64,000 nucleotides of DNA, taken from an uncultured archaeon (GTDB lineage: Archaea > Thermoplasmatota > Penumbrarchaeia > JASLWR01). This document shows, one piece after another, positions 35,844 through 45,507 of the stretch. Below the pieces are notes generated by a model that searched no databases, had not been told where the DNA came from, and saw nothing but the letters and a program-made list of their open reading frames with translations. Where the stretch lies: the NCBI GenBank assembly GCA_964430885.1, contig CAYSHM010000013.1:28529-92528 (forward strand), written 5' to 3'. Numbering within the stretch: the stretch's first letter is position 1; every line of letters starts with the position of its first letter. Made by a program: the position numbers and the translations under genes.

Positions 35844-38800
35844 CTACTTTTTCAGCGAGGTCAACAGGGAAATGTGGACCTCGTCGCTTATGCTCAGTTC
35901 CCGCCTTTTGGCTGCCAGGAATTCCTCTTCTTCATTGCTTATTACACCATCGGCCAGGGCGAATATGAGAAGGTTTCTGTAGATGCCGAGGTTCGGGTCG
36001 CCAGCCCCCACATTTGACCGGGTCATGACGGAATCCTGGATATTTATTCCTCCACCCGTTCCGGTTCCTGCTGCACCGCCGAAGTCCAGATTGGAGCGCT
36101 GGATTATGGAATCTTTTATCTCCACATTGACCTGGGTCACGGGCTGAAGCTGTTTCCATCTGTTATTCAATATTTCAAGGACCTTGCCCGATATGTCAGC
36201 CAGAACAGTGATGAGATGCTCCCTTTTACTGCATGCTACGAAGACCTCAAGGGTCCTGTTGCTCTTCATAACCGAAACCCTAACGATGATCTTGTCTTGG
36301 GCCCCGGACCCGCCCCCATAGAACCAGACCGAATCCATATCCCTGGTCCTTGTCTCCCGTATCTTTGAAAGGTTGGTTTGGTCAACACCGTCTTTTGCCA
36401 GGGTTAGTACCTCTTTTATGGACAGCTTCGGTGCGATGTTGTATATCTTGGAATCCTGGTAAACGGCTTGGGTAGCGATAATGTCCTGCAGGGTCGCTAT
36501 GTTCACTGTTTCCTGTGATATGAGCTTAGGAGGCTGGATCTCAATGGTCATCCGGTCAAGGGAGCTGGTGTTGTAGTTATATGACTGATCCATGTAGATC
36601 AGAGAAGCTCCCACGTGGGTTCTTGTACAAACCATTGGATCAAAATACAGGTCCATCTGTTTCTTGCTGTTTTTCTCAATAAAACCCACCGACACCGATG
36701 ATTCGGTGGTCGGCAGTTGTGGATTGGTATGGGACAGGTGCATCGCATGGGTGTCTATATGGAGTTTCAGTTCTGCGGAGTCAAGATCAAAGAATGTGTT
36801 GTTCCTAATAGTCATCTCAACCACCAGATAACCTCCCTGGTAGCTCTTCTCGGCCCTAAGCTCGATATCCTTGGCCATTGCGCCTCCTGTGCCGGTGCTG
36901 GGGCCGCCGGTGGCCGATACTCGATCAATACCCTGCGTTAGGGCCATGTCCGCCTTGTTGATCTTTTCCCTGACCCTGACCTGGAATGCGGTAAGGTTCT
37001 TGATAGCCTGTATGAAATTCCGGGATTTGGCAACGGAAATCAGGTGTTCAAGATTCCTTGATATTTCCATGAGCTGGCTCCTGGCCTCGAAGATCCTTTC
37101 CTCCTGAAGCTGCTGTACTGCTTCTCCGAAGGCCTTTTCAGCATCGGAATAACCATCTTGAACATTCTGTTTGTCAACTTCCATTTCCGCAGATATCATG
37201 TTATCCCTGATGCTGGCAAGCAGCCCTTCTATAGTATTCTGCAGACCTGCATCGCCTTCATATTTGGCCTTTTGGCCAGCCTGTTCAAGGTTCTGCTGTG
37301 CGGTCTGGTACGTCCTTAGAGCCTGCTCGAACTCCCGTCTGTTGAAGAGATCGTTCCCTTTCATTGCCGAGTTCCTGCCGTTATCGAAAAGAAGCTGGGT
37401 GCTGTTGTATGATGCATTGGCGGCTGGTTGTTTGTTGTAGCGTGTTGCGGTTTGCTTCTTCTTCTTTGACCTTACAATGGCACCTATGACATTGGCGAAT
37501 ATGATGAAGAACACAACGCCCCCTATGATGCAGAAGGTAAGATATTCCTCTGTAAAACTCCAGAAACCGCCTTCATAATCGAACTTTGGAATTTTGGAAT
37601 CTCCCTGGTTCCATTTAACTGTATCTCCGCCGTGTACCGCCTTGATGCTGGTACCGTAGGGCAGCTCCGTCAGCCGTTCCCCGTCCTGTATCACTGTAAA
37701 ATAAGCATACCCTTCGTAATCCGTCTTGTTCTCGTAATAGACACCGTCAATTGTGAAGCTTACCTTGGCGCCTTCAACGTTGACGCCCCACCAATCATCC
37801 TCGTAATCCTCTTCCTTTATAGGTCCGATCTTTACTTGGTCATCGGAGAAATCTGGAAGGTAATAGGTATCACCGTTCCATTCTATTCTCTCGGCACCTA
37901 TTGAAGCAGTGACGGTCACATCGCTTGGCAATTCACCCACAGGCAGTACGAAATGGGTAATACCGTCATTATCGGTTGTATTCTCATAATATGTTCCTTT
38001 ATAGGTGAAAAATACCTTGGCCCCGCTCATGGGTATGTCATCATAGGAAGCAACGTCCCTTTCTATTGGACCGAATTCCACCATATAGGATGCCTCCTGG
38101 AGTTCAGCGGTCCAAATGGACAGGTCAGGTGATGTCATCCCTTCCTTGGCAGAATAGATCAATTTTATGTCATTATTGGGAATACTGTCCCTGCCAGGGT
38201 AGAATCTGATGTAGTATCCTTCAATATTATCCGATATCTCATACCCGTTCTCATCAATGGTATCTGCAGTCAGCTCCCAGGTTTCTCCGGTATCTATGTT
38301 GGCTACCGCAGCTTCCGCTGAATAATCTCCCTTCCTGTAGAGAATGTAATTTCCGTCAGAGGTGAATATGGGTTCGGTTTCATCCTCGTTCTGGTCCATA
38401 AGAAGACGTTCCCAACCCTGGCCGTTGGATCCAATGAGATGAATGTCCTTGTCATACTGAGTTTCTTCCGCCACAAAGGCTATCTTTGTATTATCGTGTG
38501 AGAAGCTGGGCCAGTACTCATTCCAGTTGCGGTCTGTAATCTGATCGAAATCAATTCCGTCAATATCACACATCCATATGTCCAGGTCTTCGGTTGTGTT
38601 GTCCATGTCCGAAGCGAAAACGATCCATTTTCCATCATTTGAGATGCTTGGATTGGTCTGTTTAAAATCGTCATCGGTTATGTTCTTTAGGTTGGAACCT
38701 CCGAAAGACATGGTGAATATTTCAAAAACCGGGTCATAATAATCATCATCATAGGCCTGGAACACTATCTTCTCGCCCTTGCTGTCCGAGGTGGGGAACA

Positions 38801-39107
38801 CTTCATGGATATCATTATCCGTCAGCTGGACATGGTTCTTGCCGCCCATGTCCATTTTCCAGATGTCATAGTATGATCCGCCATCTTCTGTTGAGGAGTA
38901 AAGTATGGTCTGTTTGGCTGATACAATAAATGGGCATTCCATGTTGTACTTGAGGGCCGATATCTCCTTTTTATCCCAAACATATCCGCCATTCACTGGT
39001 ATTGATATTATAGATAAGATAAAAATGCCCAGAAATACCGCGAAAACAGCTGCTCCTCTGCCCCGATATCTGTTCATTGTGTGTCTCTTTAAAGAAATGC
39101 CTGACAT
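35844..39107 (-). CDS. Single-pass membrane protein: TolB-like PD40 propeller, two Ig repeats, TM, large cytoplasmic region
   Basis: P.(F/I)S.DG..I.F repeats; hydrophobic TM followed by RSKKKK; helical region; C-terminal ALADGVIS.EE motif. Confidence 0.8.
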   Translation of the reverse strand: MSGISLKRHTMNRYRGRGAAVFAVFLGIFILSIISIPVNGGYVWDKKEISALKYNMECPFIVSAKQTILYSSTEDGGSYYDIWKMDMGGKNHVQLTDNDIHEVFPTSDSKGEKIVFQAYDDDYYDPVFEIFTMSFGGSNLKNITDDDFKQTNPSISNDGKWIVFASDMDNTTEDLDIWMCDIDGIDFDQITDRNWNEYWPSFSHDNTKIAFVAEETQYDKDIHLIGSNGQGWERLLMDQNEDETEPIFTSDGNYILYRKGDYSAEAAVANIDTGETWELTADTIDENGYEISDNIEGYYIRFYPGRDSIPNNDIKLIYSAKEGMTSPDLSIWTAELQEASYMVEFGPIERDVASYDDIPMSGAKVFFTYKGTYYENTTDNDGITHFVLPVGELPSDVTVTASIGAERIEWNGDTYYLPDFSDDQVKIGPIKEEDYEDDWWGVNVEGAKVSFTIDGVYYENKTDYEGYAYFTVIQDGERLTELPYGTSIKAVHGGDTVKWNQGDSKIPKFDYEGGFWSFTEEYLTFCIIGGVVFFIIFANVIGAIVRSKKKKQTATRYNKQPAANASYNSTQLLFDNGRNSAMKGNDLFNRREFEQALRTYQTAQQNLEQAGQKAKYEGDAGLQNTIEGLLASIRDNMISAEMEVDKQNVQDGYSDAEKAFGEAVQQLQEERIFEARSQLMEISRNLEHLISVAKSRNFIQAIKNLTAFQVRVREKINKADMALTQGIDRVSATGGPSTGTGGAMAKDIELRAEKSYQGGYLVVEMTIRNNTFFDLDSAELKLHIDTHAMHLSHTNPQLPTTESSVSVGFIEKNSKKQMDLYFDPMVCTRTHVGASLIYMDQSYNYNTSSLDRMTIEIQPPKLISQETVNIATLQDIIATQAVYQDSKIYNIAPKLSIKEVLTLAKDGVDQTNLSKIRETRTRDMDSVWFYGGGSGAQDKIIVRVSVMKSNRTLEVFVACSKREHLITVLADISGKVLEILNNRWKQLQPVTQVNVEIKDSIIQRSNLDFGGAAGTGTGGGINIQDSVMTRSNVGAGDPNLGIYRNLLIFALADGVISNEEEEFLAAKRRELSISDEVHISLLTSLKK

Positions 39108-39236
39108 GTGAATACCTCTGCGGTAAGGATGGTATTATAGGAATGGTAATTAAAATATTCCTCGAAGTTCAATCTAATTTATCCTAATAAATACTTCTGT
39201 TTTATTAATCTAACCACCTTTACTTTCATTCACCCT

Positions 39237-40382
39237 ATGATATATAATATGGTTATCAGTGAATTATTGATGCTTATGGACCCTCACGAAGGACCAGCCG
39301 AGAAAAAAGAAAGCTCAGGAAGGAGCATCATACATATCGATATGGATGCGTTCTTTGCACAGGTAGAGCAAAACGACAATCCCGAGCTCAGCGGAAAACC
39401 CGTGATCGTAGGCGGAGATCCCAGGGGTAGAGGAGTGGTTTCTACTTGTTCTTACGAAGCCAGGAAATATGGTATACACTCCGCCATGTCTGCCAGTAAA
39501 GCCCTTATGCTGTGTCCGGAAGCCGTTTTTATCAGGCCCCGATTTGATCGATACCGGGAACTCTCAGCAATGATCATGTCAGTTATGATGGAGTACACAG
39601 ACTTAATAGAGGTCGCTTCCCTGGATGAGGCTTATATGGATATCACCGAAAACAAGGATAAATATCCCGTTCAAATAGCTCTTGAAGTGAAGAAGAAAAT
39701 CCTAGGACGGACCGGTTTGACCTCATCGGCAGGGGTTTCTTATAATAAGCTCCTGGCCAAGATAGCATCGGATATGGATAAACCCAACGGGATATTTATT
39801 GTTGACAGAGTTTCAGTGGAGGAGTTCATGGCCGATCTGCCGGTGACAAAAATTCCAGGAATCGGGAAAAAGACCGCCCTGCGGCTGGGTGATATGGGGA
39901 TAGTCAAATGCTCGGACATCACTGCACTCGGTCTCCATGAGATGAGACGGAAATTCGGCAAGATGGGGATATATTTTTTCAACTGCTCACATGGTCATGA
40001 TACCCGCCCCGTTAGAACTACCAGAAAAAGGAAATCCATTGGAAAAGAGAGAACTTTACCTGAAGATATCAATGACCTGGAGAAGATAATGGAGCTTCTG
40101 GATGAAATATCAAATAGGGTGGAGCAGTCCATGATTAAGAAGAACATTTACGGCCGAACCATAACCCTCAAGGTTAAGTATTCTGATTTCACCCAGATCA
40201 CCCGAAGCCTATCCACTGATACACCGATAAAAGAGGGGAAAATGATGCTTAAGCTCGTCAAAAAGCTATTGAAAAGGACAGAAGCTGGCCGGAGGGATAT
40301 CAGGCTACTCGGTATATCGGTATCGGACCTTGGGAATACAGGTAAGGAGAAACAGAGCTCACTGGCTTTTTTCCGCACTTAA
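39237..40382 (+). CDS. dinB: DNA polymerase IV
   Basis: HIDMDAFFAQVE, SYEARKYG, SLDEAY.D, NKLLAKIASD..KP.G. Confidence 0.95.
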   Translation: MIYNMVISELLMLMDPHEGPAEKKESSGRSIIHIDMDAFFAQVEQNDNPELSGKPVIVGGDPRGRGVVSTCSYEARKYGIHSAMSASKALMLCPEAVFIRPRFDRYRELSAMIMSVMMEYTDLIEVASLDEAYMDITENKDKYPVQIALEVKKKILGRTGLTSSAGVSYNKLLAKIASDMDKPNGIFIVDRVSVEEFMADLPVTKIPGIGKKTALRLGDMGIVKCSDITALGLHEMRRKFGKMGIYFFNCSHGHDTRPVRTTRKRKSIGKERTLPEDINDLEKIMELLDEISNRVEQSMIKKNIYGRTITLKVKYSDFTQITRSLSTDTPIKEGKMMLKLVKKLLKRTEAGRRDIRLLGISVSDLGNTGKEKQSSLAFFRT

Positions 40383-40491
40383 TTGGGAAATTTAATTTTT
40401 CGTATGTGATAAGAAAAATGTAATAAATTTGTTATTTGATAATCCAATATGTTAAATAAATCATTTTATATGTTAACATGGAGGTGTATGA

Positions 40492-40677
40492 ATGCCGATA
40501 GTGGAATTGAAGACATTAGGAAAACTCACACATGACCAGAAAGCCGAGATAACCGAGCGGTTCACAAGGACCCTTAAGGAAGTAGCGGGTAAACCCCCTG
40601 AATATGTATATGTAGTGATACATGAGATAGAGAGGGTGAACTGGGGGCACAGAGGCATATTGTTCTCTGATGTCTGA
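40492..40677 (+). CDS. 4-oxalocrotonate tautomerase family protein
   Basis: MP start (catalytic Pro1), QK.E.....T, V.V.I.E....NWG..G. Confidence 0.9.
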   Translation: MPIVELKTLGKLTHDQKAEITERFTRTLKEVAGKPPEYVYVVIHEIERVNWGHRGILFSDV

Positions 40678-40696
40678 TTGACGGGTTAAGGGACCG

Positions 40697-41542
40697 CTAT
40701 TTTTCTCCTGCACACCAGGCCCAATACTGATAATATTTTTCAACCCCCGCCTGCCTGTAATAGTTGAAAAGGGATTCCAGCATAGGTAATCTCTTTTGGT
40801 ATGATAATTTTGGCCAAAGTGCAGCAGATTGCGCTGGAATAGAATAAAATGCCATTGCTGCCTCAAGAGGCAATTCAATTGCCGCCACTCCAGTTCGGAT
40901 ATTCCTAAAGTCCAGGGACCCAAGTATAATTGGAAGTTCATCAGTATTGAATATTGACCTGCCGTATGGAGCGAAGGATTTTTTTTCAAGTTTTGCCCGC
41001 TGGAAGAGATTGATTGGTGGAATTTCATAATTCGAGTTATTATCATCAATTTTATTGTCATATATTCCTATTAAATAATTCATTGCCACAACGCCGCTAG
41101 ATTTTAAAACTGAATATGCACTCCTGAGAGCTTTATACGGGTCTGGGATCAGAAATATGCTCGCATTATACATAACGCAGTCAAGCTTGGAAGATATATT
41201 TTCGTCCAGCTGGGCTGCATCACACAATACGAAATCAATGGTTGGTTTTTCATTTTTCTTCATTTTTTTTTCGGCAGCCCGGAGCATTTTCAATGAAAAA
41301 TCTACTCCGATCACCTTTCCCTTTGAACCCACTAATTGTCGGATCGAATAACTTGAACTGCCGGTACCGCAGCCGATATCGCATACAGCCATACCCGATT
41401 TGAGGTTGCAGTTCTCGGCCAATTTCAGGGTGAGATTTTCAAATAATTTATATTCTGCTTCAAACTGATCATATAATTCAGCTGATTTGTCGAAATTGCG
41501 ACGGACTATATTTTTTATAATCTCAGGATCGGCTATGGCCAT
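40697..41542 (-). CDS. Class I SAM-dependent methyltransferase
   Basis: DIGCGTG, GVDFS..ML..A, CDA. Confidence 0.88.
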   Translation of the reverse strand: MAIADPEIIKNIVRRNFDKSAELYDQFEAEYKLFENLTLKLAENCNLKSGMAVCDIGCGTGSSSYSIRQLVGSKGKVIGVDFSLKMLRAAEKKMKKNEKPTIDFVLCDAAQLDENISSKLDCVMYNASIFLIPDPYKALRSAYSVLKSSGVVAMNYLIGIYDNKIDDNNSNYEIPPINLFQRAKLEKKSFAPYGRSIFNTDELPIILGSLDFRNIRTGVAAIELPLEAAMAFYSIPAQSAALWPKLSYQKRLPMLESLFNYYRQAGVEKYYQYWAWCAGEK

Positions 41543-41581
41543 AAAACAACAGACTCCCCGCTATCTGGTGCTTCTGAGCAC

Positions 41582-43024
41582 CTAATATGTCCTTGCATAG
41601 GTGACGTATTTTGTGGCCGGAGCGCCACACTGTCCGCACTTGCCCTGGAAATCCTTACTGAGATCTATTCCAAGCATGCTCATGTCAAGTGTAAGCTCCA
41701 TCTCGGTTGAGCATTCCTCGCTGCCGCACCATCCCACGTTTATTAGACCTTTGTTCACATCATGGGCCTCATCGGCAAAAGTCACATTATAGGTCAGGTC
41801 TTCAACTATGGCAGTGGCCTTCTTGAGCATCTGCTCTTTGATAACCGTAATTTCACGGGGAATTGTTTGAGAAAGTTCATCCATCTTGACAAAGCTTTTC
41901 TTCCCGTCAGTCCGTCGGGCCAGAACCACCTGCTGCTTATCAATGTCCCTGGGGCCGATCTCTATACGCAGGGGTACGCCTTTAAGTTCCCAGTTGTAGA
42001 ATTTACTACCGGGTCTGGCATCAGTATCATCCAGCACAACTCTGTAACCCATATCTTTCAGATCAATCTTGAGCTTGTTAGCATTTTCCAGAACATCATC
42101 CTTCCTCTTCTTGGTGAGTATGGGAACAATGACTATCTGATGGGGCGCTACATCCGGCGGCAGTACCAGTCCCTTATTGTCTCCGTGGATCCCCACAACC
42201 GCACCTACAAGCCTCTCGCTCATACCGTAGGTTGTCTGGTGAACATGTTTATGCTCGCCGTCAGCGTTCTCGTACTGTATCTCATATGGAACCGAGAAAT
42301 TCGTCTTGTACTGATGGACCGAACCCAGCTGCAGTGTTCTTCCGGTGGGCATTATGCAGTCGATGCCGATGGTATAGAATGCCCCTGCGAACTTGTCCCA
42401 GTCCGGTCTCTGCCTGCAGAGGTATGGTATGCAGAGCTTGTCTGCCAGTTTCTTCATTATCTCCATGTCCTCGGCTATTTGTCTCTCTGCATCCTCGAAA
42501 TCGGCATGGCAGGTATGCGCCTCGAAGAAATGTATCTCTCTGACCCTGATGAAGCTTCTGGTCTGTTTCGTCTCGTACCTGAAGGTATTGACCAGCTGAT
42601 AGGTCTTAAGGGGCAGGTCCGTGTGAGAACGCACCCAGAGGGCGAACATGGGATACATGGCGGTCTCGGATGTGGGTCGAAGAAGCAGAGGAATATCGAG
42701 TTCGTTCAATCCGGCCTTTGTTACCCAGAAAACCTGTGCGTCAAAACCCTCTATATGATCAGCTTCCTTCTGGAACTCTGTCTTGGGTATAAGGAGCGGG
42801 AAGCAGACCTCGCCGTGCTCTGTATCGTCCAGTTCCTTTCTTATCTGCTTGTCGATTAGAAGCATGATCTTCCATCCATAGGGGGTCCAGACATTCATAC
42901 CCTTAACAGGATACCTCTTATCCGAAAGTCCCGCGAACTTGATCACATCGTTGTACCAATTGCTGAAATCTTCCTTGTCGAGATTGATTTCCATCTTATC
43001 AGCAAGATTCTCCTCCTTCACCAT
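41582..43024 (-). CDS. proS: Prolyl-tRNA synthetase, archaeal/eukaryotic type
   Basis: FS.WY, LRPTSET, FRYETK.TR..IR.REI.FFE.HT, GVPLRIEIGPRD, C-terminal ARTY. Confidence 0.97.
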   Translation of the reverse strand: MVKEENLADKMEINLDKEDFSNWYNDVIKFAGLSDKRYPVKGMNVWTPYGWKIMLLIDKQIRKELDDTEHGEVCFPLLIPKTEFQKEADHIEGFDAQVFWVTKAGLNELDIPLLLRPTSETAMYPMFALWVRSHTDLPLKTYQLVNTFRYETKQTRSFIRVREIHFFEAHTCHADFEDAERQIAEDMEIMKKLADKLCIPYLCRQRPDWDKFAGAFYTIGIDCIMPTGRTLQLGSVHQYKTNFSVPYEIQYENADGEHKHVHQTTYGMSERLVGAVVGIHGDNKGLVLPPDVAPHQIVIVPILTKKRKDDVLENANKLKIDLKDMGYRVVLDDTDARPGSKFYNWELKGVPLRIEIGPRDIDKQQVVLARRTDGKKSFVKMDELSQTIPREITVIKEQMLKKATAIVEDLTYNVTFADEAHDVNKGLINVGWCGSEECSTEMELTLDMSMLGIDLSKDFQGKCGQCGAPATKYVTYARTY

Positions 43025-43261
43025 GTTTTCACCCTTATACAATATTTGATATTCATATTCAATTATCATCACTGGTCCCAAGTTGGGGCCTAACCGGCTT
43101 TGAAAGGTAAATCTAATATTATAATATTTGCGCCTGTTTTCATAGCATCAAGGGTTACAATAATTTCTTCAGGTCATTCGAATGACAATAATACCTGAAT
43201 ACATTAAGAGAAAATCCATAGAAGAAAGACTTATGGAATAGAAAATTATTTAGAAGAAATA

Positions 43262-43337
43262 TGGTGCCGTCGGCGTGACTTGAACACGCGGCCTTCGGAT
43301 CTTCAGTCCGACGCTCTCCCAACTGAGCTACGACGGC
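43262..43337 (-). tRNA. tRNA-Phe (GAA), CCA encoded
   Basis: Reverse complement GCCGTCGTAGCTCAGTTGGGAGAGCGTCGGACTGAAGATCCGAAGGCCGCGTGTTCAAGTCACGCCGACGGCACCA folds as a cloverleaf with anticodon GAA. Confidence 0.97.
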
Positions 43338-43519
43338 ATAGTTCTTATCCTTATACAACCCTTTAGAATAAGGTATCGTCATTAGGATAATTCCAACCTC
43401 CAGTAATAATTCTTATTATTAATAGATTTACCAAAAATTATCCCCTAAATCACATATTTTATTATTAGTCGAGGCAAGAGCAAGTAAACATTAATAGAAA
43501 TAATTTGTTACCACGGAAC

Positions 43520-43903
43520 ATGCCTGTGGTCAGTGTTTCCCTTACAGATAAGAACGTAGAGGTTCTGGAAGAGCTCATGGAGGAGTTCGGACTGGGCGGC
43601 CGGAGCGAGGCAATCAGGGTATGTCTGCGTTCTGCTGGTTCCGAACTCAAGGAAAGGGAAGCATTGACGGGTACTGTGGAAGGAGTGCTGATAGTCGTTC
43701 ACGACTCCCATTCATCACCAAAGTTAGATGAGGCCAGGCACGATTACCAGTCCCTTATTACCACCCAGATACATTCACATTTGAAGAACAACAAGTGTCT
43801 TGAGGTATTCATAATTCACGGTGATGCCGATAAGGTCAAGGATATGCTCAGGATATTTCAGGGAAATGACCGTCTGGATTATGTGAAATTCGTCCAATCC
43901 TGA
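43520..43903 (+). CDS. nikR: NikR-like CopG/RHH metal-responsive regulator
   Basis: VVSVSL, RSEAIR, H..Y...I.TQIHSHL...KCLEVF with the His/His/His/Cys Ni ligands. Confidence 0.8.
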   Translation: MPVVSVSLTDKNVEVLEELMEEFGLGGRSEAIRVCLRSAGSELKEREALTGTVEGVLIVVHDSHSSPKLDEARHDYQSLITTQIHSHLKNNKCLEVFIIHGDADKVKDMLRIFQGNDRLDYVKFVQS

Positions 43904-43907
43904 TTTT

Positions 43908-44552
43908 TTACATACCCTCGATTATTTTCCCTATTTCTCCAAGGTCATTCACTATATAGTCCGCTTCGACACCGATACCAATTACTTTTATGCCTGCTGA
44001 ATGCCCAGCACCCACATCGCTCCTTGTGTCCCCTATTAAAATTGTCTCATTGGGGCGCCTCCCCAGTTTTTTCATGGCAAGGAATATCATTTCAGGATGG
44101 GGTTTCGGCTTATGGACATGATCCCGGGTGAGAACCGCAGAAAAATGACTTAGAAGTTGGAAATGCTCCAGAACGGCTTTGGTGCAGATTTCTGGGGTGT
44201 TTGTGACAAGACCTAGCTTATAGTTCTCAAGGGATGATAGGATAATTTCGGCCTTGGGATGTACAATTACCTCATCCATATGAAATGTGAACCTTCTGCA
44301 GCAGTAGTTTCCGGCTTCCCGGGGCATTCCCAGGAGCTTTATATTAAGGAATAATTCCAAACCCCACTGCTCTTCCAGAAATCGTTTTTCATCCTGAGGA
44401 TCGTTCCCGTATTCTATAAGAGTATCGTTCATGGCCAGATGCCAGGCATGAAATGAATTTATCAGCACACCGTCCATATCGAAAAGAACAGTTGATAGAT
44501 CAACTTTTTCAATCTCATTATCTGGACTGTTTCTTTCATTGCTGAAATCCAT
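43908..44552 (-). CDS. HAD superfamily phosphatase
   Basis: FDMDGVL, VTN, KPKPHPE, IGDTRSD. Confidence 0.92.
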   Translation of the reverse strand: MDFSNERNSPDNEIEKVDLSTVLFDMDGVLINSFHAWHLAMNDTLIEYGNDPQDEKRFLEEQWGLELFLNIKLLGMPREAGNYCCRRFTFHMDEVIVHPKAEIILSSLENYKLGLVTNTPEICTKAVLEHFQLLSHFSAVLTRDHVHKPKPHPEMIFLAMKKLGRRPNETILIGDTRSDVGAGHSAGIKVIGIGVEADYIVNDLGEIGKIIEGM

Positions 44553-44645
44553 GGTTGGCTCACACCTTAAATATTGTTATCTGTTATGTTATCTTTATGA
44601 TGTGGATAATGAAAGAACAATACTTCTTCAGATATTTCACTTGAT

Positions 44646-45422
44646 TTATGATTTAAGCAGCTCTATTGCAAGATGTCCTGCTTTTTTACCTGACATAAGC
44701 ATTCCGCCAAAGGTCGGACCCATTCTTGGAAGTCCGAAAGCCGTTGACACGGCCATTCCGGTTACCATTAGACCAGGATGTATCTCACCTGTATTGTTCA
44801 CCACTTCTTCCTCGGCCTTATCCACCCACATGCAGCCCATTCCGGGAACTTCCAGATATCCTCTACTTTCAAGGGCCCTAACAACCTTGGCATCGTGGCC
44901 AGTTGCATCGATCACTATATCGGCTTCCAGAGCAATTGGATCTACACATGTGATCTGCCTGGGTAATGCTGAAACCGGGGTCCAGTTCACAACAACACCG
45001 CTTACCTTTCCATTCTCCCTAATAACAACATCTCGAAATTCAGTCATGTTCATGATCCAAACCCCTGCGTCGCAGGCCGAAGCAATAAGCTTGGAACATG
45101 CATGAGGTCCGTGGGCTAGAAATAATCCGTCGATGTGTTCCTTCAGCGGAACACCTATTTCTCTCAGTATCTCATCTCCCGGAGCTCTGACCGTCAATGG
45201 ATTCATCAGGTATCCCCCCAGCCAAAATCCACCGCCGAGATAATTATTGCTCTCGATTATAACCGTTCTCGCACCTTTTTTTGATGCCTCTCTTGCCGCA
45301 ACTAGTCCGCTGGGCCCACCGCCGATCACAATAATATCCGGATTGATGTTTTCCATCATTCTTTCACAGTACTCCTCCACAATAGCCTGGGTCACATTTT
45401 TTTCTGATGCTTTGCTGAACAT
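44646..45422 (-). CDS. thi4: Thiazole synthase Thi4 (Cys-type)
   Basis: GGGPSG, GGGFWLGG, TCVDP, DATGHDA, PRMGPTFGGML.SG. Confidence 0.93.
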   Translation of the reverse strand: MFSKASEKNVTQAIVEEYCERMMENINPDIIVIGGGPSGLVAAREASKKGARTVIIESNNYLGGGFWLGGYLMNPLTVRAPGDEILREIGVPLKEHIDGLFLAHGPHACSKLIASACDAGVWIMNMTEFRDVVIRENGKVSGVVVNWTPVSALPRQITCVDPIALEADIVIDATGHDAKVVRALESRGYLEVPGMGCMWVDKAEEEVVNNTGEIHPGLMVTGMAVSTAFGLPRMGPTFGGMLMSGKKAGHLAIELLKS

Positions 45423-45434
45423 ATCACTTCACCT

Positions 45435-45452
45435 ACTTAACAATCGTTAAGT
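45435..45452. promoter_or_regulatory. Perfect 7-4-7 inverted repeat between thi4 and the divergent ThiI-like gene
   Basis: ACTTAAC-aatc-GTTAAGT, 12 bp upstream of the thi4 start. Confidence 0.5.
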
Positions 45453-45507
45453 TTAAATATTCTTCAATATATAACCTTTTCGACATTTATGTTGGAAAAA
45501 TAAGTCC

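Noticed and set aside
41762-42859. 365-aa plus-strand ORF
   Set aside because: Antisense shadow of proS with no recognisable motifs
43262-43337. tRNA-Phe as an integration site
   Set aside because: No integrase and no duplicated 3' end seen nearby; flanked by housekeeping-type genes
43155-43382. 75-aa minus-strand ORF
   Set aside because: Overlaps tRNA-Phe; spurious
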